Shown: piece after piece, positions 43,812-53,676 of the stretch
How the letters are laid out: each line of letters begins with the position of its first letter
Numbering within the stretch: position 1 is the first letter of the stretch
NCBI GenBank assembly: GCA_003222275.1
Contig: QHVJ01000077.1
Span: forward strand, 1 to 61,881
DNA length: 61,881 bases
From: Acidobacteriota bacterium
Lineage (GTDB): Bacteria > Acidobacteriota > Vicinamibacteria > Fen-336
Reading direction: 5' to 3'
Position numbers and translations under genes: made by a program
Notes under the pieces: model-generated
Told to the model about the DNA's origin: nothing
Databases searched by the model: none
What the model saw: only the letters and a program-made list of their open reading frames with translations

Positions 43812-45638
43812 ATGGCTGAATCCGCGACCACCTCCTCCGATTCGGCCGCCCCCACACGCAGAGCCGAGATGTGGCGCCTGGGCGGTCTCGCCCTGGCATT
43901 TTTCGCCATCCTCGGCTACGACGCCGCCGGCCGGCGTTTCTACCGGGGTTACGCGCTCCCTCAGGGCTACGGGATGGACCACCTCCTGCCGGAGGAGCTG
44001 GCCCAGATCGCCCTGTTCGTCGCTTTCGGCAGCCTGGCCATGATCGGTCTCGTGGTGGCGCTGGCGCGCAGCGCTCCCGCGGCGGCGGCGGTCGGCCTCT
44101 TCCGGCGAGCGGCCCGGCGAGTGAATGCGCTGGCGGCGGCCACGGCCGTCTGGCTCTTCATGGCGAGCTGGGTCGTGAGTCGATTCGTTCTCGGCCACGC
44201 CGCCATCAGTGACGACGAGCACGTCTACCGCTTCATCGCCCAGACGCTTCGCACCGGCTCGCTGACCGCGCCATCGCCCGGAGCCGACCTGCCCTTCTTC
44301 CAGGAGCAGTTCGTGGTCCTCACCGAGAGCGTGCGCTACGGGAAGTATCCGCTCGGCCATCCGCTCCTGCTGGCCCTCGGACAGGCCGTGGGGGCCGAGA
44401 CCCTCGTCGTGCCCCTGCTGACGGCGCTCCTCGCCGTGGCCCTCCTCCACCTCGGCCGGACGCTGTTCGGGGCGGAGGTGGCGGCGCTGGCTTTGCTCTT
44501 GATGGCCGTGTCTCCCCAGGTCGTGCTCACGGGCGGGACGCTGCTCTCCCAGCCGGGGTCCGCGGCATGCCTGGCCTTCGGCCTCGCCGCCCTCTTCGCC
44601 GGCGGCCCTCACCGCCGGTGGTGGCTCGCGCTCTCGGGAGCTTTCTTCGGTTACGGCGTGCTGATCCGCCCCCTGCCGGGCGCGCTGTTCGTCCCCGTGG
44701 CTTTGCTCTACCTGGCCACGCAACGGGCGCCCGAGGGAACTCGGCGAGGCCGCGTGATGGGCGGTGTCGCGTTCCTCGCGCCCCTCGTGCTCTTCGCGGC
44801 CGTCTTCCTCGGAGTGAACCGGCTGCAGGCGGGGGCCGCCCTCACCACGGGTTATCAGGCCTTCCACGGCACGGGGGAGGGAGCGCCCGGCCTGCTCCGC
44901 GCCGTGGGCGGAGATCTGGCGAGCACGGCGCTCTCGGTCGTCGGCTCGATCCTCCGCCTGAACGTGTGGCTGCTCGGCTGGCCCTTCTCGCTCGCCTTCT
45001 GCCTCGTCCCCTTTCGGGACCCGCGGGTCCGTGTCTTGTGGGGTATGGTCGCCGCCGAGGGAGCGTATCGTCTGGCATCCCCCAAGGTGGGAATCGGCGG
45101 CGTCGGGCCGCTCTATCTGTTCGAGGTGGTCCCCATCCTGCTCCTCCTGTCGGGCGCCGGCCTCGCGTGGGTGGCGCGAGGCGGCCTCAGGGTGTCGGGG
45201 CCGGCGCTGGGCCCGAGCAGCCTCGCGGCCGTCGTCCTCGCCGGCGTCGTGACGAGCGCGGCCATGTTCGTCCCCTCGCGCCTTGCGGACCTGCGGCGGA
45301 TGGCGGGCGCCCAGCTCCTCCTACCCCGGATGCTCGCCGAGCGCGGGGTCACGAACGCGCTCGTCTTCCACGACGGCATCGTGCCTCCGTGGACGGGGCT
45401 GAGCTGGGCGTACTATCCCCCTTGCAACCCGCCCGCGCTTCGCGAAGGCGAGGGCGACGACGGTATCCTCTACCTGCGGCTATGGAACCAGCCGGCGGCG
45501 GGCTACGAGCTGTGGCACCGCCGCTTTCCCGGGCGCTCGGCGTGGTGGTTCGGCTATCGCGACGGGCGGCCCGCGCTCGTCGACTTCGAGAGCTACGTGC
45601 GGAGCCCCCCCGCGCGGCCCGGGCCGGTCCGGCCGTGA
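43812..45638 (+). CDS. ArnT/PMT-like (GT-C) membrane glycosyltransferase
   Basis: SDDEHVY acidic motif, KYPLGHP, multiple TM helices, LIRP. Confidence 0.65.
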   Translation: MAESATTSSDSAAPTRRAEMWRLGGLALAFFAILGYDAAGRRFYRGYALPQGYGMDHLLPEELAQIALFVAFGSLAMIGLVVALARSAPAAAAVGLFRRAARRVNALAAATAVWLFMASWVVSRFVLGHAAISDDEHVYRFIAQTLRTGSLTAPSPGADLPFFQEQFVVLTESVRYGKYPLGHPLLLALGQAVGAETLVVPLLTALLAVALLHLGRTLFGAEVAALALLLMAVSPQVVLTGGTLLSQPGSAACLAFGLAALFAGGPHRRWWLALSGAFFGYGVLIRPLPGALFVPVALLYLATQRAPEGTRRGRVMGGVAFLAPLVLFAAVFLGVNRLQAGAALTTGYQAFHGTGEGAPGLLRAVGGDLASTALSVVGSILRLNVWLLGWPFSLAFCLVPFRDPRVRVLWGMVAAEGAYRLASPKVGIGGVGPLYLFEVVPILLLLSGAGLAWVARGGLRVSGPALGPSSLAAVVLAGVVTSAAMFVPSRLADLRRMAGAQLLLPRMLAERGVTNALVFHDGIVPPWTGLSWAYYPPCNPPALREGEGDDGILYLRLWNQPAAGYELWHRRFPGRSAWWFGYRDGRPALVDFESYVRSPPARPGPVRP

Positions 45639-46972
45639 CCGGCGACAAGCCCCTCGAGCGGGGCGTCCTTCTCCAGGACGTCTCCGTGCTGATGCTGTCG
45701 CTCCTCCTCGCCCACTTGCTCCGGGAGCCGCTGGCGAGCCTGACCCCCGTCCTGAAGCCGGCCGTACCCCCGTCGCAGTACGTCCACCTGCTGCTCGTCT
45801 TCCTGCCCACGTGGGCGCTGGTCGCGGAGCGGATGGACCTGCACCGCGTCCGCACGCTCACGGGTCCTCTCGTCGAGCTGCTGCGTGCGCTGCTGTGGAC
45901 GCAGGCCTGGGGCACGCTCGTCCTGGCCCTCATCCTGGTCGCCGCCCAGGTCAACCTGAACCGCTCGCTCATCGCGTTGTTTCTCGCCGTCTCCACGCTG
46001 CTGCTCACCGTGGCCAAGCTCCTCCAGCGTAGCTGGGCCTTCCGGACCGAAGGCGAGGCCCTGGCCCTGGTGCTGGGGGCGGGACCGCAGGAAGCGGAAT
46101 CGATCGGTCGTTGGCGCGGTCGCCGCGTGGAGCGGCTCGACAGCACCGATCCCGAGGTCCTGCGGCGACGCCTTCAGGCGGGCGGCGTGGACGAGGTGTT
46201 GCTGCCTCCGCGGGAAAGAGACGCGCTGCGGGGACTCGTGGAGGCGTGCGCCGAGGTCGGCGCGACGGCGCTGGTGGCGGTCGAGCGGCTCGACGTGGAG
46301 CTGCCCCCGCCCCGAGCGGAGGCCGTGGGCCCGACGCTGTACCTGACCTATCGCACGCACGAGCCGGATCTGCCGTCGCGGTTCATCAAGGCGGTCCTGG
46401 ACCGCACCGTGGGCCTCGCGATGCTCCTCATGACGTTCCCGGTGATGCTCGCCATCGCCCTGGCCGTGAAGCTCGGCTCGCGCGGCCCGGTCCTGTTCGT
46501 TCAGGAGCGGGGCGGCCTGCACGGCCGGCCCTTCCGGATGCTGAAGTTCCGCACGATGCGGCACGGGGCGGAGGCGGAGCGGAGCGCGCTGCTCGCCGCC
46601 AACGAGATGGACGGGCCGGTGTTCAAGATCGCCGACGATCCGCGGGTGACCCGCCTCGGCCGCTTCCTGCGCCGCACGAGCATCGACGAGCTGCCCCAGC
46701 TCGTGAACGTGGTCCGGGGTGAGATGAGCCTGGTCGGGCCTCGCCCGCTGCCCGTGGTGGAGACCCGGCAGCTCACCGGCGTCCACCGGCGCCGGCTCAG
46801 CATGCGACCCGGGATCACCTGCCTGTGGCAGATCAGCGGGCGGAACGAGCTGGGGTTCCGGGAGTGGATGGCCCTGGACCTCCAGTACGTCGACCACTGG
46901 AGCCTGGGCCTCGACCTCGCGATCCTCCTAAGGACCCTGCCCGCTCTCGTCTCCCGCCGCGGGGCGCGCTGA
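45635..46972 (+). CDS. Undecaprenyl-phosphate priming sugar transferase (WcaJ/WbaP-like)
   Basis: KFRTM, DDPRVT..GRFLRRTSIDELPQLVNV..GEMSLVGPRP, PGITCLWQ. Confidence 0.92.
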   Translation: MTGDKPLERGVLLQDVSVLMLSLLLAHLLREPLASLTPVLKPAVPPSQYVHLLLVFLPTWALVAERMDLHRVRTLTGPLVELLRALLWTQAWGTLVLALILVAAQVNLNRSLIALFLAVSTLLLTVAKLLQRSWAFRTEGEALALVLGAGPQEAESIGRWRGRRVERLDSTDPEVLRRRLQAGGVDEVLLPPRERDALRGLVEACAEVGATALVAVERLDVELPPPRAEAVGPTLYLTYRTHEPDLPSRFIKAVLDRTVGLAMLLMTFPVMLAIALAVKLGSRGPVLFVQERGGLHGRPFRMLKFRTMRHGAEAERSALLAANEMDGPVFKIADDPRVTRLGRFLRRTSIDELPQLVNVVRGEMSLVGPRPLPVVETRQLTGVHRRRLSMRPGITCLWQISGRNELGFREWMALDLQYVDHWSLGLDLAILLRTLPALVSRRGAR

Positions 46973-48100
46973 CCGCGTGGCGAAGTCGATGGCGTCGCGG
47001 AATCCTCGAACCATGCGCTCGTTGTCCCAACCGGCCACGACCTCCCGCGCCCGCGCCCCCAGGGCGTCGCGCAACGCGCGGTCGCCCAGGACGCGCCGGA
47101 GGGCCGCGGCCAGCGCGGCACTGTCCCGCTCGGGCACCACGAATCCGGTGACGCCGTCCCGCACGAGGCCGCCCGCCGCGGCGCCGACGGCATCGGTGGC
47201 GATCACGGGCAGACCCTGGTTGAAGGCCTCGTTCACGACCAGCCCCCAGGGCTCCTTGAAGACCGGGGTCGTGACCGAGGGCAGCACGAAGACCCAGGCG
47301 AGCGCGTAGTAGGCCACCGCCTGCTCGGTCGGGACGTAGCCGGCGAAGCGGACACGGGACTCCACGCAGCGCCGGCGGGCCTGCTCGCGCAACGCCGGCC
47401 CCGCCGCGCCGTCACCGCAGAAGACGAGCACCGCCTTCTCGTCGTCGACCGAGGCGAAAGCATCGAGGAGATAGGAGAGTCCCTTGGCCTCCTCCAGCCG
47501 GCCCAGGTAGAGGACGACCTTCTGCTCGGCATCGAGGCCGAGCGTCCGCCTCAGCTCGGCCTGCTCCGCGGCGGTGACGGCGCGGCGGTAGGCGTCGTTG
47601 TCCATGGCATGCGGGGCGACGAAGATCCTGTCCTCCGCCACTCCCTCCGCCACCAGGTAACGCTTGACGTGCTCGCCGTAGACGACGACCGCATCGGCGT
47701 GCCGGTAGATGTGGCGGACGACGGGAAAGAACAGCCGGTGGAAGGGCGTCTGGAGGCGCATCCACACGCCGGTCCACAGGACGAAGGGCGTGCCCTTGAG
47801 CCGGGCCACGACGTAGGCGGCCGGCAGCGCGAAGCGACCCGTGATGCACTTGATGATGACGCGGTGCTGCCCTCGCCACAGGCGGAGGGGCAGGGCGGGG
47901 GTCATGCGCAGGCGGCCGATGCTGAACCCGGGCAGGTACTCGAGATGGAAGGCGCCCTGGCTCACGCCGTGCGGTTGCGGCCAGTACCACTCGTCACCCT
48001 TCGAGAAGAAGAGGTAGTCCATCTCCTGATGGCGGGCCAGCGTCTCGAAGGTCTTGACCCGGTAATGGGGACAGAAGTTCGTGACGAAGGCGACCTTCAA
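46928..48100 (-). CDS. GT4 family glycosyltransferase
   Basis: YLGRLEEAKG, EPWGLVVNEA, PVIAT. Confidence 0.9.
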   Translation of the reverse strand: MKVAFVTNFCPHYRVKTFETLARHQEMDYLFFSKGDEWYWPQPHGVSQGAFHLEYLPGFSIGRLRMTPALPLRLWRGQHRVIIKCITGRFALPAAYVVARLKGTPFVLWTGVWMRLQTPFHRLFFPVVRHIYRHADAVVVYGEHVKRYLVAEGVAEDRIFVAPHAMDNDAYRRAVTAAEQAELRRTLGLDAEQKVVLYLGRLEEAKGLSYLLDAFASVDDEKAVLVFCGDGAAGPALREQARRRCVESRVRFAGYVPTEQAVAYYALAWVFVLPSVTTPVFKEPWGLVVNEAFNQGLPVIATDAVGAAAGGLVRDGVTGFVVPERDSAALAAALRRVLGDRALRDALGARAREVVAGWDNERMVRGFRDAIDFATRSARPAAGDESGQGP

Positions 48101-48819
48101 CCCACAGCCCCCGGAGGCCTCTCGGCCAGCAGTGCATAGCCGATCGTGGAGAGGGGCGGGGCCCAGAGCCGGTCCGTGACCAGCGCGACGGCCTGCACGA
48201 TCAGGCAAAGCGCCACGACCGGCGGCCCCACGAGGGGACGGGTGTGCAACCGTCCGTCAGGGTCGCGGCGGGCCCCGAGAGTGGAGTACAGCAGGCTCGA
48301 GGTCCGGTAGCCGAGCTCCAGCCAGGGCCCGCCCCGGGCGTGCACCTCGAGGACCCGGAACCCCGCCTTGTCCAGGAGATGTCGGGCCCCGTAATGGGTG
48401 AATCGGTAGAAATCCGAGGGCTCCTCGTGGAGCTGCTCGCTCATCGGAACCGTCAGGAGAAGCAGCCCCCCCGGCTTCGTCACGCGCCAGATCTCCTGCA
48501 GCGCCGTCAGGGGCTCAGGGGTGTGTTCCAGGACTTCGGTGCACAGCACGCTGTCGAAGCGGCAACCATGAAACGGCAGGGCGAGGGCCGTTCCCACCAC
48601 GTCCACCCGCTCGAGGCCGTGCATGGTGGCGGCCGTGTCCAGCCCCACGTAGCTCTCGGCCGCCGACAAGAGGTCGGCGTAGGGCTTGCTGCCGCAGCCG
48701 ACGTCGAGGAGCCGTCCCCGCAGCCGCGAGCCCACGATGGCCACGACGCGGCGCAGCTCGCGGTGCGCGAGGCCCCGCGGATGGGCGAGCGAGTTCCGCA
48801 GCCTCGTCTTCCACTTCAT
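48097..48819 (-). CDS. Class I SAM-dependent methyltransferase
   Basis: LLDVGCGSKPY, EVLEH, DFYRFT. Confidence 0.88.
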   Translation of the reverse strand: MKWKTRLRNSLAHPRGLAHRELRRVVAIVGSRLRGRLLDVGCGSKPYADLLSAAESYVGLDTAATMHGLERVDVVGTALALPFHGCRFDSVLCTEVLEHTPEPLTALQEIWRVTKPGGLLLLTVPMSEQLHEEPSDFYRFTHYGARHLLDKAGFRVLEVHARGGPWLELGYRTSSLLYSTLGARRDPDGRLHTRPLVGPPVVALCLIVQAVALVTDRLWAPPLSTIGYALLAERPPGAVG

Positions 48820-49517
48820 GTCTTGACGGTGTCGACGATGATCTCGGCGCTGAGGAACTCACGTTTGAGGCCACCCAGCGCACCGCGATCGGTCCACGCT
48901 TCGGCGGAGCGGGGAATGCAAAAGACTCCCCGGCTCGGGCCGGGGACGAGGCCGTGCCGGCGAAGCAGGCGGACCACGCTACGGTGCGTGAAGTAATGCA
49001 GGGTGCCGCCGTCGTAGCCGACCTCGTCGAGGGAGGTCCGTGGGAACACCCCGCCGATGCCGAGGGCCCACAGCCGCCACAGGGCACGCATGTTGGGCAC
49101 GCCCATCAGGAAACGCCCTCCGGGCCGCAAGACCCGCGCGCACTCCGCCAGCGCGCCATCGAGGTCGACGACGTACTGCAGGCTGGAAAGAGCGGTCACG
49201 GTGTCGAAGAAGGCGTCCGCGTAGGGAAAGGGTTCCACGTTGAGGTTGACGACCGCGGCGTCGACTCCTCGCTGCTGCGCCATGGTCACCGCCCTCTCCG
49301 AGATGTCGATGCCGTAGACCTCGGCGAAACGGTCGCGGGCCTGCGCGGCCAGCACCCCGGCGCCACAGCCCACGTCGAGAAGCCGCTGGCCCGGACGGAG
49401 CATCCTCAAGGCCGCGTCCACTCGCCGGTTGCGGCCGGGCTGATAGTCCTCGTCGGCCGCGTCGCCCTTCCGCCGCCACACCTCGGCGAAGTGACGCACG
49501 TCCTTCCGCTCGCTCAA
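48816..49517 (-). CDS. Class I SAM-dependent methyltransferase
   Basis: LLDVGCGAG, GIDIS, RVLRPGG. Confidence 0.85.
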   Translation of the reverse strand: MSERKDVRHFAEVWRRKGDAADEDYQPGRNRRVDAALRMLRPGQRLLDVGCGAGVLAAQARDRFAEVYGIDISERAVTMAQQRGVDAAVVNLNVEPFPYADAFFDTVTALSSLQYVVDLDGALAECARVLRPGGRFLMGVPNMRALWRLWALGIGGVFPRTSLDEVGYDGGTLHYFTHRSVVRLLRRHGLVPGPSRGVFCIPRSAEAWTDRGALGGLKREFLSAEIIVDTVKT

Positions 49518-50734
49518 TCGGCCTCCCCGAGCGGGCGCGCCGCGCGGCCGCCCAGGCCCTCGAGTATTCCGCTCAACGTGCGGTAGTGCACGTCGAAGTC
49601 GAAGGTCTGCTCGGCGTGGGCGCGGCAGCGGCGCGACAGCGCGGCGTAGGCGGCGGGGGGCAGCGCGAGAACGCGCTCGATGAGGCCGGCCAGTGCCTCG
49701 GCGTCGCGGAGCGGGAAGAGGAAGCCGTTCACCGCCTCCTGGACATGTTCGGCAATGCCGTCGATGCGCGAGGCGATGACCGGCTTGCCGAGGGCACCGG
49801 CCTGGCACAGCACGTGAGGCAGGTTATCGTACCACTCGGAGGGGACGACGACGGCGGCGGCCTTCGCCATCAGGTCGTCCAGAACCCCGCCCCACAGGGG
49901 GCCCAGGAGCTCCACCCGCCCGGCCAGCTCGGGCGCGGCGAGGGCGGACCGCACCTCGGTCTCCATCTCGCCCTGGCCCACGATGCGCAGTCGGCCGGGC
50001 GAGCGCAGGAGGCGCAGGGCCCGCAGCAGCGTGCGCACGCCCTTCTGGGGAACGAGCCGGCCCACGAAGAGCACGGAACCGTCATGGTCGGCGGCCGGCC
50101 GGTACCGGTGGACGAAGAGCGGGTTGACGTTGCGCCGGACCTTGCCCGCGGGGATGCCGCCCTGCACGAGCTTCCGGCCCAGGAACTCGTCGGGCACCAT
50201 GAAGACGTCGATGCAGTCGACGAACGACGCGAGGGCGCGATGGAGGCCCAGGATCGAGGCATACCAGGCGCTCTGCGCCACGCTGTCGCGATAGCAACGG
50301 CGGGCCACGCAGTGGAGATAGTTGCCGCCCACACACCGCTCGCAGATCTCGCCCCGCGAGTAGAGCTGACCCGCCGGGCACACCAGCCGATAGTTGTAGA
50401 CGGCCTGGATGACCGGCACGCCGAGGCGGTGGAGGGTCGTGTAGGCGGAGGGGGAAATGAGGGGGAAGACGTTCTGGACGACGGCCGCGTCGGGACGCTC
50501 GCGCTCGACGAGAAGCGTGAGCTCGCGCCGGGTGCGGGGAGAGAAGTACGCGGACGACACGAGCGAGGCCTTGGCGAGCGCGCCCATCTCCTGGATCTCG
50601 GCGTTGTCGCGGGTGTAGGTCACGACGCGGTGACCGCGCGCCTCGAGCCCCTGGCGCTCGTTGTCGAAGACGATGCTCTCGCCGCCGGCCTCCTGGTAGT
50701 AGTTGTGGCACAGGAGCAGCTTGGCCTTGGGCAT
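49514..50734 (-). CDS. GT4 family glycosyltransferase
   Basis: HNYYQEAGGE, FVGRLVPQKG, PSEWYDN, PVIASRIDG. Confidence 0.9.
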   Translation of the reverse strand: MPKAKLLLCHNYYQEAGGESIVFDNERQGLEARGHRVVTYTRDNAEIQEMGALAKASLVSSAYFSPRTRRELTLLVERERPDAAVVQNVFPLISPSAYTTLHRLGVPVIQAVYNYRLVCPAGQLYSRGEICERCVGGNYLHCVARRCYRDSVAQSAWYASILGLHRALASFVDCIDVFMVPDEFLGRKLVQGGIPAGKVRRNVNPLFVHRYRPAADHDGSVLFVGRLVPQKGVRTLLRALRLLRSPGRLRIVGQGEMETEVRSALAAPELAGRVELLGPLWGGVLDDLMAKAAAVVVPSEWYDNLPHVLCQAGALGKPVIASRIDGIAEHVQEAVNGFLFPLRDAEALAGLIERVLALPPAAYAALSRRCRAHAEQTFDFDVHYRTLSGILEGLGGRAARPLGEAD

Positions 50735-50749
50735 GGTCGCCGCGGGAGT

Positions 50750-51475
50750 CTACGCCTTCTCCGGGGGCACCCGAAAGAACGCGGAGGTCCGCCAGAAAAC
50801 GGGCCATGCTGAATGAGGACCGGGTCCCGCGAAATGACGGACGGTCCAGTCCGGCCCCGTGAGCACCGCGCACGCCGCCGCCGCGTCCTCGCGTTCAGAG
50901 TTGTCGAGGATCAGCGCCCCGTCGTCCTTCAGCTTGGGCAAGGCGGTGACCAGGCAGCCGAGGCGAGCCCTTCCGTCGACGAGGATCACGTCGAAGGACC
51001 CGTCGGGGTAATCCAGCACGCTCTGGACGTAGCTCCGGAAGCTCATGCCCGCGAACTCGGCCGCGCTGGAGCGGTAGAGCGCGCCGTCGTCGCCCGGTTC
51101 CGGGGGAAGGTGCCGCACCTGGGCGTTGCCCAGCCCCTGCGCGCGCAGGCGCGCGACCACCGCCTCGCACCAGCCGGCGTCGTACTCGACCGAGACGACC
51201 CGGGCGACCCGCCGCGCAAAAAAGAGCGTGGACCCGCCGGATCCCCATTCGAAGACCGACATCGAAGGGCGCAGGTACGAGGTCAGCCAGCGCATCGCCG
51301 GAAACGTGATCCACGGCCATCCGGCGGTGAGGAGGTCGCGGCCGAGAAAGGTCGTGGCGATCCAGTCACGGCCGTCGGCGAGGGTCTCGTTCGGTGCGGC
51401 GCTGCCGCCGACATAGCGAAGCCAGAGTTGCATCACCCGGGCCGCCCGTCGCCACCGCGAACCCGTCCCGGTCAT
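50750..51475 (-). CDS. SAM-dependent methyltransferase-like protein
   Basis: PWITFPA, FEWGSGGST, SVEYD, ILVDGRAR, LDNS. Confidence 0.8.
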   Translation of the reverse strand: MTGTGSRWRRAARVMQLWLRYVGGSAAPNETLADGRDWIATTFLGRDLLTAGWPWITFPAMRWLTSYLRPSMSVFEWGSGGSTLFFARRVARVVSVEYDAGWCEAVVARLRAQGLGNAQVRHLPPEPGDDGALYRSSAAEFAGMSFRSYVQSVLDYPDGSFDVILVDGRARLGCLVTALPKLKDDGALILDNSEREDAAAACAVLTGPDWTVRHFAGPGPHSAWPVFWRTSAFFRVPPEKA

Positions 51476-52731
51476 CGCCGCGACCGGAGGAACGTCGCCA
51501 GGACCACCGTCTCGCAAGCGTGGCCGAGCACGATCCCCATCAGCGCCCCATGAAGCCCGCTCTTCTCGACGAGCACCGTGCCCCCGGCCAACAGGAAAAC
51601 GGCGACCGCCAGCTTCGACCACAGGATGACCTGGGGGCGGCCCAGCGCCCGCAATGCCAGCCCCAGGGCCTGGGCGGCCGCCGCCGCCACGCCGGCGAGT
51701 GCCACCAGGAGGACGTTCCCGCCGAGCGCCGAGTAGGAACCGGAACCGTACAGCAGCCCCAGGAGTCTCCCCCCGAACCCGACGAGGACGGCCCCGTACG
51801 CCACGGCCGTCCCGACGAAGACCAGGACAAGGCTCACGCTGGCGCGACGCGAGTGGGCCTGGCCCCGGGCCGCGGCCTGACGCGACACCCACGGCAGGGC
51901 GAGCAGGCTCAAGGCGGTGAGAAGCTGTTGGAGGGGCAGGCCGAGGTTCAGCAAGGCCTTCAGGGCCCCGCTCGACGCGAGCCCCAGGATCGCGGCCACC
52001 AGCGGCAGATAGAGCGCGTTGCCGGCGTTGTGGGCCAGGCTGGCGGCGACGATCCAGCGTCCGTAGGACCAATGCGACGCCAGCACTTCCCGATCGAGAA
52101 ACGCCTGAGTCGAGAGCGTCATCCCGAGCGGCCGCCACAGCACCGCGGAAGCCGCCAGGCTGGCCAGCGCCAGGGACGGAAAAGCAGCCATCAGGGGAGA
52201 GACGACGGTGGGCCGATACGCGACCAGCCCCAGGCAGACGGCCAGCGTCGACACGTAGACGACACTGCCACGGGCCGCGAGATCGGGTCGCGTCCGAAGA
52301 TAGCAGGCTTGGCGCAGGAGCCACTGGAGGAGCAAGAAGGGCAGCGCCGCCGCGAGCCCGGCGAGCGCACCGGCCAGGGTGGCGTTGCGGCTCCGCAGCA
52401 CGAAGGCGGCGACGGTCACCGCCAGGCTGAGGGGAATCGTGAGCAGGACGTGGGCATGGACGAGGCTCCCCAGATACCACCCGAGCGCTTCCGCGGGACG
52501 GACCGCGCCCAGCACGTTCATCGGCTCGAGGATGAGGGCGACGTGGAGGCCGGACAGGAGGAGGAAGAGGCTGAAGGTGACGGCGAACACCCCGTACTCG
52601 GCGGGCGAGACCCACCGCGCGAGCAGCACGCTGAGGCCGAAGTGGCCACCGGAGACCAGGCCCTGGTCGAGGATGCTGAAGGTCACGGGCAGGCTCCAGA
52701 CCCGCCATCGGCCGATCAGGGGGGGATTCAC
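51472..52731 (-). CDS. Wzx-like polysaccharide flippase
   Basis: DQGLVSG, LARW..EYG, many TM helices. Confidence 0.8.
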   Translation of the reverse strand: MNPPLIGRWRVWSLPVTFSILDQGLVSGGHFGLSVLLARWVSPAEYGVFAVTFSLFLLLSGLHVALILEPMNVLGAVRPAEALGWYLGSLVHAHVLLTIPLSLAVTVAAFVLRSRNATLAGALAGLAAALPFLLLQWLLRQACYLRTRPDLAARGSVVYVSTLAVCLGLVAYRPTVVSPLMAAFPSLALASLAASAVLWRPLGMTLSTQAFLDREVLASHWSYGRWIVAASLAHNAGNALYLPLVAAILGLASSGALKALLNLGLPLQQLLTALSLLALPWVSRQAAARGQAHSRRASVSLVLVFVGTAVAYGAVLVGFGGRLLGLLYGSGSYSALGGNVLLVALAGVAAAAAQALGLALRALGRPQVILWSKLAVAVFLLAGGTVLVEKSGLHGALMGIVLGHACETVVLATFLRSRR

Positions 52732-53612
52732 CTCGTTGCCGCCAGCAAGGCGAGGTGCGCGGGATCCTTGGCCGCCACGAGGTTGAGGGTCACGCCGGCG
52801 GGGAACTCGGCGGTCTGCGGCAAGAGCCCGCGGGAGCGATCGAAGCGCCAGACCTCATAGCCGTGATCGCTCAGGAGGCGGAACAGGTCGACGGGGGAGT
52901 AGCCGAAGCGCGCGTAATTGTGCAGGGCACACTCGAAGATGAGCACCGGAGCCTCCGCCGCCGGTCGAGCGAGGAGGCTCCCACTGCCCCGCACGACCAG
53001 CAGCTCCGCCCCTTCGACGTCGATCTTGATGAGGTCCGCTCGGCGCCCGGCCAGGTAGCCGTCGAGGGTGACCGCCGGAACACGCTGTACATGGCGGGCC
53101 CGGTCGGCCGACGCCGCTCGCCATGCGAGAGCGGAGAGCGCGGCCTCGGGGTCGAGATCGAAGTCGACATCTCCCTCCGCGGACGACACGGCCCACGGCC
53201 GCGCCACGATCTGGTCCAGGCCGTTGAGCCGGACGTTCTCCACGAGCACCTCGAATACCACCGGGTTGGGCTCGAACGCGTGGACCTCTCCTGTCGTTCC
53301 GACGCGTCGGGCGGCGAGAAGGGCATACTCACCGATGTGCGCACCGACGTCGACGAAGACCATGCCGGGCTTCAAGTAGGCGCGGACGAGCGCCGCCGTG
53401 TCCGGCTCCGAGAAGCCCTGGTAGTAAATGAGCGCCGACGGCCCTCCCCGGTCGAGCTTCAGTCGAAGCCCGTCGTGCCAGGGCAGGATCCAGGGGCGTC
53501 GACCGGTCCGCCATCGGATGCGCCACCACAGCCGGCGTCCCAAGGCCCCCAACGGATGGGCCCGGAAATCCGGACGGTCGCGCAGACGCTTCATGAGACC
53601 GATCATGATCAC
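52728..53612 (-). CDS. FkbM family methyltransferase
   Basis: VDVGAHIG, AFEPNP, IKIDVEGAE. Confidence 0.9.
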   Translation of the reverse strand: MIMIGLMKRLRDRPDFRAHPLGALGRRLWWRIRWRTGRRPWILPWHDGLRLKLDRGGPSALIYYQGFSEPDTAALVRAYLKPGMVFVDVGAHIGEYALLAARRVGTTGEVHAFEPNPVVFEVLVENVRLNGLDQIVARPWAVSSAEGDVDFDLDPEAALSALAWRAASADRARHVQRVPAVTLDGYLAGRRADLIKIDVEGAELLVVRGSGSLLARPAAEAPVLIFECALHNYARFGYSPVDLFRLLSDHGYEVWRFDRSRGLLPQTAEFPAGVTLNLVAAKDPAHLALLAATR

Positions 53613-53676
53613 TTGCGGCCCCGCTCGTGAGAAGGCAGTCTAGCAAACGCGGGATGGCGCCGATCGACCCGTCCCT

